This document shows, one piece after another, positions 1 to 10,393 of a DNA stretch of 64,000 nt. The notes below the pieces were generated by a model. It was given only the letters and a program-made list of their open reading frames with translations, was not told where the DNA came from and did no database searches. Origin of the DNA: an uncultured Bacteroidales bacterium (lineage in GTDB: Bacteria > Bacteroidota > Bacteroidia > Bacteroidales > Muribaculaceae); contig CAMQYL010000001.1 in NCBI GenBank assembly GCA_947039275.1, positions 36,889-100,888 on the forward strand, written 5' to 3'. The position numbers and the translations under genes were made by a program. Every line of letters begins with the position of its first letter. Positions within the stretch are counted from its first letter, which is position 1.

Positions 1-479
1 TGCTGCTCTATCTGCTTTGGACGTTCGTATCGCCGGCTTTGCTGCCCGAGGAAAAGCGTGGAGCACGCACTGCTTACCTGCTCGGCACAGTGATGTTTTA
101 CATCGGCGTGGGTGTCGGGTATCTGCTTGTATTTCCGTTGACGCTCCGCTTCCTCGCCACATACAATCTGACATCAGCCGTCACCAATACCCTCTCCCTT
201 GACTCCTACATGGATAATTTTCTGACCCTCATCCTGACCATGGGCATCATTTTCGAGCTGCCCTTAGTGGCGTGGATGCTGGGGCGGCTTCACATACTGA
301 CACGCAACATATTCACCAGATTCCGCCGCCACGCCATAGTAGCCCTCCTCATCCTCGCCGCCGTAGTCACCCCCACCGGTGACCCCTTCACCCTTGCCGT
401 GGTCTTCCTCCCCCTTTATCTCCTCTGGGAATTCTCCGCCCTCCTCATCCCCAAAGACACATCCAGTCAACATCTGTAG
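1..479 (+). CDS. tatC: Tat translocase subunit TatC, C-terminal part (5' end outside window)
   Basis: The frame is open from base 3. The translation LLYLLWTFVSPALLPEEKRGARTAYLLGTVMFYIGVGVGYLLVFP... is a multi-pass hydrophobic protein with a TatC-like ...VVTPTGDPFT... segment. Stop TAG is at 477-479. Confidence 0.75.
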   Translation, partial: LLYLLWTFVSPALLPEEKRGARTAYLLGTVMFYIGVGVGYLLVFPLTLRFLATYNLTSAVTNTLSLDSYMDNFLTLILTMGIIFELPLVAWMLGRLHILTRNIFTRFRRHAIVALLILAAVVTPTGDPFTLAVVFLPLYLLWEFSALLIPKDTSSQHL

Positions 480-561
480 GGACATGCCGTGGCATGTCCG
501 CTTCACAGGCGATGTAATCTTCACGTTGGTATCCGCAGACATGCCGTGGCATGTCCCTACA
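475..561. repeat. REPIN-like inverted doublet of GTAG+palindrome units (type 1 stem GGACATGCC/GGCATGTCC)
   Basis: TGTAGGGACATGCCGTGGCATGTCCGC at 475-501 and its inverted copy GCAGACATGCCGTGGCATGTCCCTACA at 535-561. The GTAG of the left unit supplies the tatC stop codon. Confidence 0.85.
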
Positions 562-583
562 ATTTCAGCTCAATCCATACTAA

Positions 584-2734
584 TCAGTAACTGCGAGATG
601 ACTCGCGTTCTTTTGAGTCGCGGTGGACATTGTTGACTTTGTTACCGCCAAACGACCATGCAGCACGAAGCACTACGGCATGAGCATGAATATCATTACA
701 TGTGTTGACTGTGAAATCATCGTAGAGAGCTGTTGATTTTGTGATATTCCATCCAAACGGATCATTGACCGCAAGCGACAGATTCAATCTATTGTTAATC
801 AGCGAGTATCTTATATCAGCCCCTATCAGAGAAAAATCCTCATACCTGACCATCCTCTCGTGATATGGGAAGTAGTGGCTGAAACGGATGTTGAAAATCA
901 GAGTTTTCTGGCGATTGAGCATCCATGAGGTATTGAACTCCATTTTGCCGCTCCACCCATAGTCGCTTGCATATTCGAAATCTGGCACACGCGACTCGGC
1001 TTGGGTGTAGAATACTTCGCCACCGACTTTGATATTCCACCATGAAAATAGTCCACGATTATAAGCAACATATAATCCGGTCTTGTTGCTGTTGATAAAA
1101 TTCTCAGGCACAGTGTACTGGCTGCCGTCAACATTAAACCGTGTAATATATCCTATAGCATCATGGTTATAGGAATTGTAGAGCACCGCATATATGCCTT
1201 TGTAGCTGTAGTTGATTTCGGCATTGTGAGATATGCTTGGTTTCAAGTCAGGATTGCCTGACACATAGTCCGTAGTGGTGAAATAGTAGCGAAACGGATT
1301 CAGATCATTGAAGTTGGGTCGCGATATGCCCATTGAATACGATGCCGAGATGCGTCCGATGGCTTGTTTGTTCCAGCTGAGAGTCAATGTCGGAAACAGA
1401 TAACCGTAACTGTTGTCATGGCGTTCCATCCCCACCGTCTGAAGCTCTCGTACATCGGTATGCTCATAGCGCAGACCCAGTTTGCCGAAAAAAGCATTCG
1501 AGAAACTGCGCTCAGCACTCAGATACACCGCGGCGGTCTTCTCGGTATAATCAAAAGCATTGCTTCGCAACGCATCATTAATCCATACGCCATCCATAAG
1601 ATTTGCCGTGTTGATCAGCGTATTGTTACCAATGGAAGTATAAGCCGCTCCAGTCTCCATCTTCATAAACGAGAACGAAAGTACAGCATCCAATTTCACC
1701 GAATGGATGTGATACTTGTTGTGCCCCTCATCTGACAGTTTAGTGTCAGCACCAAAAGCAGTCTCCGTCTCAACCTCCGAATAAGATTTACTATCCTTGT
1801 TGAAATAATTATAGGTAAGACTCAGCATCTTGCCCGAATTGTCTAACTTCCAATCGGTAAAAGCAGTCAGTGTGATAGCATTGTTTGGACGTGAGGGCGA
1901 ATAGTTGGATGAATGATATGCTACGCCATGATCAACAGTAGTGTCTATAAGCGAACTTTTCAGGCGTGTAGTGCTGAAATTGGCGATGACACCAGCTGAT
2001 AAGCAATCTGTAAACTTGTATTTGAACAGTCCGTTAGCTCCGAAGATACGGTTCGTGAAATCATTGGTGCGCCACGATGTTTTTACATAGTCGGCAAACG
2101 TATATGTGCGGTCAAGGTCGTTCCTCCCTTTCATATCCTGCCAACTGGCATCGGCAGAAATCTCCACTTTCCTCGTGGTATGAGACACGCTCCCACCAAG
2201 CAGATAACTGAAATCCTCACGGATATTGCCGTTACCCCACAGGTTGCCGCGGGTCCCGAGCAACTCGTTTCTCGTAGTGATGCTTATATAAGCCACATTG
2301 GCAGCAGCCGCATATTTCGCCGGAGGAGTGGTGAGCAGTTCGATCTTCTCTATCCCTGACGACTGGAGGTTTTTGAGACGCAGAGCTATAGCTTCATCGG
2401 GTATTTCAAGCAGATGACCGTCGATGATATACCGCACCGACGACTTTCCAGCCACCGACACCATGTCATTGACAACGGATACACGCGGTATGCGGTCAAG
2501 CACCTGCACCCCATTGAGTCCCACGGCATAGGGATCATTCTTGATCAGATACACGATTTTATCAGGCTGCTGCTTCATAACCGGCTGCCTTGCCACAACC
2601 ACCACCTCGTTAAGTTCAAGTTCCCTCTCCCACCGAACCAATATCGAGTCATTGACCTCCTGACCAGCGGCATCCATAGCGGAAAACATCAATACAACAG
2701 CCACTACACAAGCATAAATGCGATAAAATTTCAT
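584..2734 (-). CDS. TonB-dependent-receptor-like outer membrane beta-barrel protein (OMP_b-brl_3 / PF14905-like)
   Basis: 716 aa with a signal peptide (MKFYRIYACVVAVVLMFSAMDAAGQ), a plug-like N-terminal region, the family hallmark ...RPNFNDLNPFRYY...GNPDLKPS, and an aromatic C-terminus. Paralogous to six genes later in the window. Confidence 0.8.
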   Translation of the reverse strand: MKFYRIYACVVAVVLMFSAMDAAGQEVNDSILVRWERELELNEVVVVARQPVMKQQPDKIVYLIKNDPYAVGLNGVQVLDRIPRVSVVNDMVSVAGKSSVRYIIDGHLLEIPDEAIALRLKNLQSSGIEKIELLTTPPAKYAAAANVAYISITTRNELLGTRGNLWGNGNIREDFSYLLGGSVSHTTRKVEISADASWQDMKGRNDLDRTYTFADYVKTSWRTNDFTNRIFGANGLFKYKFTDCLSAGVIANFSTTRLKSSLIDTTVDHGVAYHSSNYSPSRPNNAITLTAFTDWKLDNSGKMLSLTYNYFNKDSKSYSEVETETAFGADTKLSDEGHNKYHIHSVKLDAVLSFSFMKMETGAAYTSIGNNTLINTANLMDGVWINDALRSNAFDYTEKTAAVYLSAERSFSNAFFGKLGLRYEHTDVRELQTVGMERHDNSYGYLFPTLTLSWNKQAIGRISASYSMGISRPNFNDLNPFRYYFTTTDYVSGNPDLKPSISHNAEINYSYKGIYAVLYNSYNHDAIGYITRFNVDGSQYTVPENFINSNKTGLYVAYNRGLFSWWNIKVGGEVFYTQAESRVPDFEYASDYGWSGKMEFNTSWMLNRQKTLIFNIRFSHYFPYHERMVRYEDFSLIGADIRYSLINNRLNLSLAVNDPFGWNITKSTALYDDFTVNTCNDIHAHAVVLRAAWSFGGNKVNNVHRDSKERESSRSY

Positions 2735-2843
2735 AATAAAAAGAGTGTTGATTAATATTACACTCTATATACGATGCTTGTCCTTCAAACATAACAGCCC
2801 CCAGTGAAATTAACATACTAATGCTGTTAACAGTATATAATCA

Positions 2844-3266
2844 TCAGTCTGTTTTTATGGCGGGGTTTTGGCGAAGGAGGTGGGTGATGAAGCTGGAACA
2901 GTGGATTGGGGAGATGTGTAGCGGAGTGCGACTTTTGAGGGGCGACGGGACAGTGAAAGTGATGGTCAGACGGCGGTTTGACAAGCCTGATGTGCCTATG
3001 TAACCTGTGGTTTTGCGTACCTCCTTTATGGCGGAGATAGGGAAACGCTTAGGGATGAATTGGCGATATACCACCAACTCTTCATCAGTGATAACGTACC
3101 AATAGCCGAATATCATGACAATATCCACTGCCATGATTCCACCGCACACTGATATTGCATAACGCCATGACATCTCTTTAGCAAAAAAAAATATCACGCC
3201 GAAGGTAACTATGAGGATTACCCATACCCACATGCCTATCTTGGAACGATACACTCTTTTTGCCAT
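2844..3266 (-). CDS. small membrane protein, probably bacterial PH-like (bPH) domain protein
   Basis: 140 aa with two N-terminal TM helices followed by a YVITDEELVVYRQF...ISAIKEV... segment that resembles bPH-domain proteins. The family call is weak. Confidence 0.45.
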   Translation of the reverse strand: MAKRVYRSKIGMWVWVILIVTFGVIFFFAKEMSWRYAISVCGGIMAVDIVMIFGYWYVITDEELVVYRQFIPKRFPISAIKEVRKTTGYIGTSGLSNRRLTITFTVPSPLKSRTPLHISPIHCSSFITHLLRQNPAIKTD

Positions 3267-3269
3267 GAC

Positions 3270-3935
3270 CTATATTGCTGGGATTTCTATTTTTTCACCG
3301 AGGAAGTGAGGCTGTTTGCCAGTCCACACGTCAAGCATCATCTTGTCACGGGCAAGCCATTCCCTCAACGCCAGTCTCGTCCTGACCCAACGTCCTGCTC
3401 TCAACGAAGCCGATACAGCCACCGCCTCTATCCCATTGGCTTCGGCGAGGTATAAGGCCCGGGCGTTATGATCTGCCTGTGAAATAATGGTGAGACTGTC
3501 GCAACCAAACACCTCCTTAGCTCTGACCACTGAATCAAGAGTGCGGAAACCTGCATAATCAAGCACTATGCGTTCCTCCGGCACACCGTGAGCCATCAGC
3601 GAGTCACGCATCGCCGTAGGCTCGTCATAACCTCTGGTGTGATTATCTCCACTGGCAATTATATAGTCGATTTTCCCGGCATGAAAGAGCTTAACAGCCG
3701 TATTGATACGATTGATAAAATACGAGTTGGGACGACCGAGGCGGTTCATCGGATTTGTCCCCAGAAGCAGCCCCACCCGATTATAAGGAATATAATCCAC
3801 ATCGGTATAAATCCGTCCTGCTGCAGCCCTCTCGACCCTGACGTTAGCATACACAGTAAACGCCACGACCACAAGCAACAAGCCACCAAGCCCAAGCGCA
3901 ATCCGCGAAATAAGTCTCCTTGTCCGTATCATCAC
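3270..3935 (-). CDS. sanA: SanA/YdcF (DUF218) family protein
   Basis: 221 aa with an N-terminal TM anchor, then VGLLLGT...INRINTAVKLFHAGKIDYIIASGDNHTRGYDEPTAMRDSL...DYAGFRTLDSVVRAKEVFG, typical of SanA. Confidence 0.8.
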   Translation of the reverse strand: MMIRTRRLISRIALGLGGLLLVVVAFTVYANVRVERAAAGRIYTDVDYIPYNRVGLLLGTNPMNRLGRPNSYFINRINTAVKLFHAGKIDYIIASGDNHTRGYDEPTAMRDSLMAHGVPEERIVLDYAGFRTLDSVVRAKEVFGCDSLTIISQADHNARALYLAEANGIEAVAVSASLRAGRWVRTRLALREWLARDKMMLDVWTGKQPHFLGEKIEIPAI

Positions 3936-4029
3936 AATATGATTAAAATTTAGACATTATAAATCTCCTACACAAGCTCTATCATAGTAATGAATATATT
4001 TTACTAAAGAGATGTCAAAGATTGGAGAG

Positions 4030-5274
4030 TTAGGGTTGGAGGAGGTGGAGGGCGGTGATGAGGGCGGTGGTGGTGGATTGGTCGATGATGCGGGTGCGGG
4101 TGCCTCCGAAGTGCCAGGTGGCGATGACGGGGGGTGTGCCGCTGAGGGAGACACCGATGACTACGGTACCTACGGGTTTATCGGGAGTGCTTCCTCCAGG
4201 ACCGGCTATGCCGCTGGTCGCCATGACGAGGTCGGCTCCGCATGCTTCGTGTGCGCCACGGAGCATCTCGGCTACTGTCTGCCCGGAGACGGCTCCATGT
4301 TGCGCCAATGTGTCGGGGCTGACACCGAGGACGCGCATCTTCACATCGTTGCTATAGCTGACTATACCTCCAATCATCACGTCGGAGCATCCGGGGACGG
4401 TGGTGATTTCATGTGCTATGTTGCCGCCTGTACAGCTCTCGGCTGTACCGATGGTCAAGCCCTTTGCCCTGGCAGCCTTAATGAGCACTTCGGGCAGGGG
4501 AATGTCTTCGGTCGCCACGACATGATTGCCAAGCAGAGCTATCATCTTGGCATACTCGCGGTCAAGGTCTGCACTGAGCGACGCAGCATCGGTAGATTTA
4601 CCGTCAAGTCGGAGACGTATCAGACGCGCCTTGGGCAGATAGGCGATATGGAGGTGCTCAGGCAGTGCTTCCTCCCACTCAGCAAGTGTCATAGCGACAC
4701 GGCTCTCGCTCAAATCGGCTACAAGAGCCACACGGTGGTCAAGGGCTACATCTGACGGGAAACGCTGGAGCAGTCGAGGCGTCACACTGCGCTGCATCAT
4801 GGTAAGTGTCTCGTGGGGCACACCAGGCATCGACACAAGCACTTTGCCGTCAAGTTCAAACCACATCAGCGGAGCGGTACCCACTTCGTTCTGTATGACT
4901 TCGCACGATGTCGGCACGATGGCTTGTGCCCTGGTCAAATCATTTAGTTCACGTCCGTTGCGTGTCATCACGGAGATGACATTTTCAAGCACGGCGGTAT
5001 CTTCATGCAGCTCACCGCCGAAATATGCTGTAAGTACGCCCTTAGTGATGTCATCTTTAGTCGGACCCAGACCGCCAGTGGTCAAAACCACATCCGTGGC
5101 AGCAAAAGCGCGGTCAATCGCCTGACGGATGGCATCGGCATCGTCAGCCACAACCTGCACATTGTCAAGTTTCCACCCATATGGATCAAGCATGCGGGCT
5201 ATGGAACCGCTGTTTGTATCGGTGACCTGACCAAGGAGGAGTTCGTCACCTATGGCTATGACAGAATATTTCAT
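4030..5274 (-). CDS. cinA: CinA family protein (competence/damage-inducible protein A; NMN amidohydrolase-type C-terminal domain)
   Basis: 414 aa. The N-terminal MoCF-biosynthesis-like domain is MKYSVIAIGDELLLGQVTDTNS...TTGGLGPTKDDITK, and the C-terminal CinA domain is ...TAESCTGGNIAHEIT...SGIAGPGG. Confidence 0.9.
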   Translation of the reverse strand: MKYSVIAIGDELLLGQVTDTNSGSIARMLDPYGWKLDNVQVVADDADAIRQAIDRAFAATDVVLTTGGLGPTKDDITKGVLTAYFGGELHEDTAVLENVISVMTRNGRELNDLTRAQAIVPTSCEVIQNEVGTAPLMWFELDGKVLVSMPGVPHETLTMMQRSVTPRLLQRFPSDVALDHRVALVADLSESRVAMTLAEWEEALPEHLHIAYLPKARLIRLRLDGKSTDAASLSADLDREYAKMIALLGNHVVATEDIPLPEVLIKAARAKGLTIGTAESCTGGNIAHEITTVPGCSDVMIGGIVSYSNDVKMRVLGVSPDTLAQHGAVSGQTVAEMLRGAHEACGADLVMATSGIAGPGGSTPDKPVGTVVIGVSLSGTPPVIATWHFGGTRTRIIDQSTTTALITALHLLQP

Positions 5275-5288
5275 ACAATCTTAGAGTT

Positions 5289-6308
5289 TTAGACAGTTAC
5301 ACGAGCGAACGGCACAGCGTCCAATGAGCAGAAATCGCCGTTAAGAGCCTTGAAATGTCCGGCAATCGCCACCATGGCGGCATTGTCGGTGGTGAACTTG
5401 CGTGGGGGGATAAATGCTTTCAGCCCGTGGCGGTCGCAGTAGTCAGCCACAGCCTGACGCACTCCTGAATTTGCCGACACACCTCCACCGATTGCCACAG
5501 TCTTGATACTGGTCTGCTTTACCGCTTTGTCAAGTTTGTCAATGAGTATGTCAATGATGGTGCGCTGCAACGAAGCTGCAAGGTCAGACTTATTTTCCTC
5601 AACGAAATTCTCGTTTTTCTTCTTCTCGTCACGCAGCGTGTAGAGAAAAGATGTCTTAAGACCGCTGAAACTGTAGTCAAGCCCAGGGATATGAGGTTTG
5701 GCAAACTTGAATCGGTTTGGGTCACCCTCCTGTGCCAGTCGGTCAACATGTGGACCGCCAGGATAAGGGAGCCCCATAACTTTGGCACACTTGTCAAATG
5801 CCTCTCCGGCAGCGTCATCGATAGTACGACCGATAATCTCCATCTCCTCTGGCGAACGGACGATGATAAGCTGACTGTTGCCACCCGAAATCAGCAGACA
5901 GAGATATGGAAACTCCGGCACCTCGTCATCCTCCTTCTCGCGGATAAAATGACTAAGTACATGTCCGTGGAGATGGTTTACATCCACCATGGGTATGCCA
6001 AGACCTATCGACATACCTTTGGCAAACGAGGTGCCGACGAGCAGCGAGCCTATCAGTCCCGGTCCGCGGGTAAATGCTATTGCCGTAAGCTCCTGTGGTG
6101 TTATACCAGCCTGTTTGATGGCAGCATCAACCACCGGGACTATATTTTGCTGATGGGCACGTGATGCCAGTTCTGGCACCACTCCACCCCATTGTTCATG
6201 CACCTGCTGGGAGGCGATTACATTTGAGCGGAGCAGTCCGTCAACTATCACAGCGGCAGAGGTGTCGTCGCATGACGACTCTATGCCGAGGATAACGCTA
6301 TGTTTCAT
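5289..6308 (-). CDS. tsaD: tRNA N6-adenosine threonylcarbamoyltransferase TsaD
   Basis: 339 aa with ILGIESSCDDTSAAV, HLHGHVLS and PGGP motifs characteristic of the Kae1/TsaD family. Confidence 0.93.
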   Translation of the reverse strand: MKHSVILGIESSCDDTSAAVIVDGLLRSNVIASQQVHEQWGGVVPELASRAHQQNIVPVVDAAIKQAGITPQELTAIAFTRGPGLIGSLLVGTSFAKGMSIGLGIPMVDVNHLHGHVLSHFIREKEDDEVPEFPYLCLLISGGNSQLIIVRSPEEMEIIGRTIDDAAGEAFDKCAKVMGLPYPGGPHVDRLAQEGDPNRFKFAKPHIPGLDYSFSGLKTSFLYTLRDEKKKNENFVEENKSDLAASLQRTIIDILIDKLDKAVKQTSIKTVAIGGGVSANSGVRQAVADYCDRHGLKAFIPPRKFTTDNAAMVAIAGHFKALNGDFCSLDAVPFARVTV

Positions 6309-6373
6309 ATAGATTATATTCGTTACAATTGGGTTCTTAGATAGAGTATGCTATAAATTATATTTATAACCGA

Positions 6374-6459
6374 TAGTAGGGTCGCTACATGTAGCGACAG
6401 CAAATAGCGACTGTCAGTAGTCAGCCTGTCAACGGTCGCTACATGTAGCGACCCTACTA
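6374..6459. repeat. REPIN-like inverted doublet (type 2 stem GGTCGCTACATGTAGCGACC)
   Basis: TAGTAGGGTCGCTACATGTAGCGAC at 6374-6398 and GGTCGCTACATGTAGCGACCCTACTA at 6434-6459, lying between tsaD and the S41 protease gene. Confidence 0.85.
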
Positions 6460-6498
6460 ATTTTAACATATTATATACGTGATATGGCAACGCCTGTA

Positions 6499-9400
6499 TC
6501 ATTTCAGCTGTTTGAGGAGTTCGGTAACGGCAGCCTCTATCTGACGGTCGGTGCCGGTGACCACTGTGGCAGGGTCGTTGAGCACGAGGATGTCCGGCTC
6601 AAGCTGCTGGTTTTCGAGGAATGAGCCATCGGCAAGCTGCATCCCCACAACGGGCACACCGAAGAGCATGGATGGATCCTGGAGATCAATCCAGTTGACC
6701 GAGGTCATGGTGCCCGGGACAGGTGCACCCACAAGTTTGCCAAGCCCTTTGTGCTTGTAGACCCAAGGAGTGCCGTGGGCATTGCTGTAGTTTGCCTCGC
6801 ATATGAGCATAATCGAAGGCTTGTTCCAACGGCGCGAAGGCATCTCGCCAGCCTTCTTGCCATGCACCATCTGGGTCATGTACTTGTCACCCGACAGGAG
6901 CACCTCTATATCCTCATGAAGTCTGCCACCGCCATTCCAACGGGTGTCGATAATCATGCCATCGCGCTGGTAGTAACGACCGAGCATGTCGGCATAGATT
7001 GTGCGGAAACTGTCGTCAGTCATATTGCGCAGATGCACATACCCGAGACGGCCTCCCGACAGGCTATCAACGAGAGCCTGATTTCGCTCTACCCAGCGGT
7101 CATAAAGTTTATCATTGAGCGTGCCTCGGCTAATAGGCTTAATCACTTCCTCAAACCGTTTGCCCAATGCAGGGTCATAGATGGATACGAGAGTATTGGT
7201 ATTGGCAGCCCGTTTGAGCAACACGTCCAAAGTGACCGAGTCGGTCAATGCTTCGCCATTGATTTTCTCTATAATCATGCCAGGACGTAGTTTTGAGGAT
7301 GCGCGATTAAACGGCGTACCCTTCACAACTTCTGCGACCTTCATGCCAGGACCAGCATAAGTCATGTCATAGAGAAGTCCCAGCACTGCCGACGGTTCCT
7401 TGGATCCATCGGGGAAGAAACGGGAGCCGGTGTGCGATACGTTCAGCTCGCCGAGCAGTTCGCTCAGCATCTCCGCGAAATCATAATTGTTGGTGATATG
7501 CGGCAGATAGCGGCGATACTGGTCAGCCAGTCCAGCCCAATCCACACCATTCATGTCAGGCACATAGAAACGCTCCTTAACTTCACGCACAGCGAAGTCA
7601 TACATAGCCTCGCGCTCGGCGGGAGCATCGACACGCAACTTGCCACTGACCTTTACAGGCTTGACCGACTCCGATGCCAAATCCATCTTCTTGAGGGTGT
7701 TAGAGCCTATCATAAACATCGTCTTGCCCTTGGCATCCGTGGCAAGTTTCATATTGCGTCCATTGAGTTTTTCGGCAATAGACACATCACCCTTACGGGG
7801 CACGACTTTCCAGAGGTCGAAGCCATCTTCGAAATTGCTCATATAGTAGAGCACTTCCTTGCCGTCCTCACCAACAAGTACGAAATCACCCAGATTGGAC
7901 GAGTTGGGTGTCAGGCGTAGCACACGGTCACGGATACCGTCAAGCTCCACTTTGATGGCTTTGGAGTCATCTGCCTTTTTATCTTTGTCGGCTTTTTTCT
8001 TCTTATCCTTCTTTTTCTTGCTGTCTTTGTCAGATTCCTTCGCCTCCTTGGCTTTCTCCTCAGCCTTTGACAGCAGCTTGAATTCCTCCTCGTCAAGCAT
8101 GAAGCGATCCATCGCCTCCTGATTGAGGAACACAATCATCACATCAGACTGCGACCCCCACGATGCATGACTGCGCATGCCGTAACGGTCACTCTCAAAT
8201 ATGATGGCATTGCCGTCAAGCGCCCAGCGCGGATTGTAGTCAAAGTAACCCGTACCGGTCAGATTGGTCTGCTCGCCGCTCTCGGCATTAATGAGCACCA
8301 CATCATAGTAAGGCTCATGCTGGTTGGTGTTGAGGAAAGTTACAATCCATCGGCTATCAGGACTCCAATGATATTCAGTATCAAGGCTGCGCGAATATAT
8401 GCCGTTACCGTCAGTCAGAGCTTTTGATTTCCCGGATGCCACGTCCATCACCATGATAGAGTCACGGTTATGCAGATACACAATTTTCTTGCCGTCAGGT
8501 GAATATTTCGCACCTGTACGGTCAACACCATCAGACTGAAAAACAGGACGCTCGTTTATAATTGTAGCATTTGAAAAATTCGGTTCCTCGTCACGCACTA
8601 TTGAGGCTTCGTAGATGTTCCAGTGTCCGTCACGCTGAGAAGTGTAGAGCAGTTTGCGTCCCTCGGGATGCCATGACACCTCCATCTCCATACCCGGAGT
8701 CTTGCTGACCTGCTTTGTGGTTGCATAATCGGCAGATGTCACAAACACCTCTCCGCGTGATATCAGAGCCAGTTCCGACCCGTCGGGCGAAGGAGAGCCA
8801 AACGAGTAGTCGCCCAACGCCACAAACTCAGGTTGCTCCGACAGGTCATCTACCACAGCAATGTCAAGTTTTTGCGGACTGCCTGATGGTTGCTGGGTGT
8901 AGATTTCGCCATCATATGTATACACCAGATTGCCGTTGCTGCCCATTGAGAGGAATCGAACAGGAGCATCCTTAAAATTAGTGACCGCTGTAACCTTGGC
9001 GGGAGAGGTCAGGTCAAAGGCGTAAACATTCATCGACCCACCGTCACGTTCGCTCAAAAAATACACAGTATGTCCGTCAGGAGCCACTACAGGATTGCGG
9101 TCCTCGCCACCACGGGCAGTCAGATTGGTGTGCTTGCCACTCTGCGCATCATACTTCCATATGTCGCGAGTCACCGACGATGTATGATGCTTGCGCCATA
9201 CATCTTCCATGCCCTTCTGGTCCTGATAGAGGAAGCTCTTGCCGTCAGGGAGATATGAGATGCTTTCGGCAGGTGATGCAAGAATCTGCACAGATGCACC
9301 ACCATCAACCGGCACTGAATACAACTCTGTCAGACGAGCCGTCGGAAACAGACGGCTCATGACAGGATCCTGTATGGATGCCGAATACAACACCGCTTTG

Positions 9401-9759
9401 CCGTCAGGAGTGAACGCCTCGGGTACAACATTGGTGCTTCCAAAAGTCAATTGACGAGCCGCTCCTCCCTTTGCACTCATCACATAGAGATTCATGGCTC
9501 CGTCACGGTCACTTGCGAAGGCTATCATGCTGCCGTCGGGCGACCAGAGCGGAGTTTTTTCCATCCCCGAAATAGCAGTGATACGTCGAGCTTCGCCACC
9601 CTTTACAGGGACAGTGAAAAGGTCGCCTTTATAACGGAATACTATGGTGTTGCCATCGGGAGAAACCTTGGCATCTCTTAGCCACAAAGGCGACTCCGCA
9701 CAGATAGCCGAAAGCGCAGTGGCTGCGGCAGCTGTAAGAGTGATAAGTGTGCGTTTCAT
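6499..9759 (-). CDS. tricorn-protease-like S41 family peptidase (beta-propeller + PDZ + S41 domains)
   Basis: 1086 aa with a signal peptide, repeated TolB-like SPDG...(I/V)(A/V)F motifs, and a C-terminal PDZ/S41 region (...DTRWNGGG...). It contains a Lys/Asp-rich insert. Confidence 0.85.
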   Translation of the reverse strand: MKRTLITLTAAAATALSAICAESPLWLRDAKVSPDGNTIVFRYKGDLFTVPVKGGEARRITAISGMEKTPLWSPDGSMIAFASDRDGAMNLYVMSAKGGAARQLTFGSTNVVPEAFTPDGKAVLYSASIQDPVMSRLFPTARLTELYSVPVDGGASVQILASPAESISYLPDGKSFLYQDQKGMEDVWRKHHTSSVTRDIWKYDAQSGKHTNLTARGGEDRNPVVAPDGHTVYFLSERDGGSMNVYAFDLTSPAKVTAVTNFKDAPVRFLSMGSNGNLVYTYDGEIYTQQPSGSPQKLDIAVVDDLSEQPEFVALGDYSFGSPSPDGSELALISRGEVFVTSADYATTKQVSKTPGMEMEVSWHPEGRKLLYTSQRDGHWNIYEASIVRDEEPNFSNATIINERPVFQSDGVDRTGAKYSPDGKKIVYLHNRDSIMVMDVASGKSKALTDGNGIYSRSLDTEYHWSPDSRWIVTFLNTNQHEPYYDVVLINAESGEQTNLTGTGYFDYNPRWALDGNAIIFESDRYGMRSHASWGSQSDVMIVFLNQEAMDRFMLDEEEFKLLSKAEEKAKEAKESDKDSKKKKDKKKKADKDKKADDSKAIKVELDGIRDRVLRLTPNSSNLGDFVLVGEDGKEVLYYMSNFEDGFDLWKVVPRKGDVSIAEKLNGRNMKLATDAKGKTMFMIGSNTLKKMDLASESVKPVKVSGKLRVDAPAEREAMYDFAVREVKERFYVPDMNGVDWAGLADQYRRYLPHITNNYDFAEMLSELLGELNVSHTGSRFFPDGSKEPSAVLGLLYDMTYAGPGMKVAEVVKGTPFNRASSKLRPGMIIEKINGEALTDSVTLDVLLKRAANTNTLVSIYDPALGKRFEEVIKPISRGTLNDKLYDRWVERNQALVDSLSGGRLGYVHLRNMTDDSFRTIYADMLGRYYQRDGMIIDTRWNGGGRLHEDIEVLLSGDKYMTQMVHGKKAGEMPSRRWNKPSIMLICEANYSNAHGTPWVYKHKGLGKLVGAPVPGTMTSVNWIDLQDPSMLFGVPVVGMQLADGSFLENQQLEPDILVLNDPATVVTGTDRQIEAAVTELLKQLK

Positions 9760-9809
9760 ATGGTGAAGTGGTATGTTAATGGTTGGTTCTTACGAATATA
9801 TGTATCAGT

Positions 9810-9879
9810 GCAGGGACGCGGCGCACCGCGTGGACGCATCAGATATGACTGCTACCACGCGGCACGCCGCGTCCCTACG
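9810..9879. repeat. REPIN-like inverted doublet (type 3 stem ACGCGG/CCGCGT)
   Basis: GCAGGGACGCGGCGCACCGCGTGGACGC at 9810-9837 and CCACGCGGCACGCCGCGTCCCTACG at 9855-9879. Confidence 0.75.
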
Positions 9880-9906
9880 TCCGTATGATTATGCTTTTAA
9901 GCCGTA

Positions 9907-10233
9907 TTACAGCGCAAGCAGTTTCTCAAGGTTGGCGCGGATGGCATCTATAGGCTGTGCGCCTGCCATGCGGAGCTCCTTGACCTGTTCGCCGTTCTTG
10001 AAGAACAAAAGTGTGGGGATAGACATGATGCGGTTAGCCGAGGCAAGCTCGTTTTCCTCATCAACATTGTATTTTCCTATGACCACTCGGTCTTCGTATT
10101 CCTTGGCGAGCTCCTCGATGACAGGAGTGAGACGGTTGCAGGGACCACACCATGTTGCCCAGAAATCAACCATTACAGGTTTACCTGATTCAATGAGTTC
10201 GCTGACCGACGCATCGGTAAAATTAAGTGCCAT
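9907..10233 (-). CDS. trxA: thioredoxin
   Basis: 108 aa with the active site WATWCGPC and a typical thioredoxin length. Confidence 0.93.
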   Translation of the reverse strand: MALNFTDASVSELIESGKPVMVDFWATWCGPCNRLTPVIEELAKEYEDRVVIGKYNVDEENELASANRIMSIPTLLFFKNGEQVKELRMAGAQPIDAIRANLEKLLAL

Positions 10234-10393
10234 AAAAATAAGAGATTAGATAATATGGTATAAGGTTAATGTCACAAATAAGGCCGACGGCATTACCTTG
10301 CCGTCTTCATGCGCAAAGTTACCCTTTTTCCCCCACTATTCAAAATCCGCGTCCATACATCTCAGATGGTAAGCGTTGTTGGATTTGAAGTGG

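Noticed and set aside
379-636. Short ORFs containing CRDMPWHVR / MPWHV / TCHGMSLQ peptides (also 16520-16705, 32893-33171, 36825-37013, 49416-49646, and the N-terminal extensions of 33095, 36865 and 49539)
   Set aside because: These are translations of the GGACATGCCGTGGCATGTCC REP palindrome in different frames. Their recurrence reflects the DNA repeat, not a protein family. Real gene starts were placed at internal ATGs downstream of the repeat.
4012-4755. 247-aa Gly/Asp-rich ORF on the plus strand
   Set aside because: It is antisense to cinA, and its low-complexity composition marks it as a shadow ORF.
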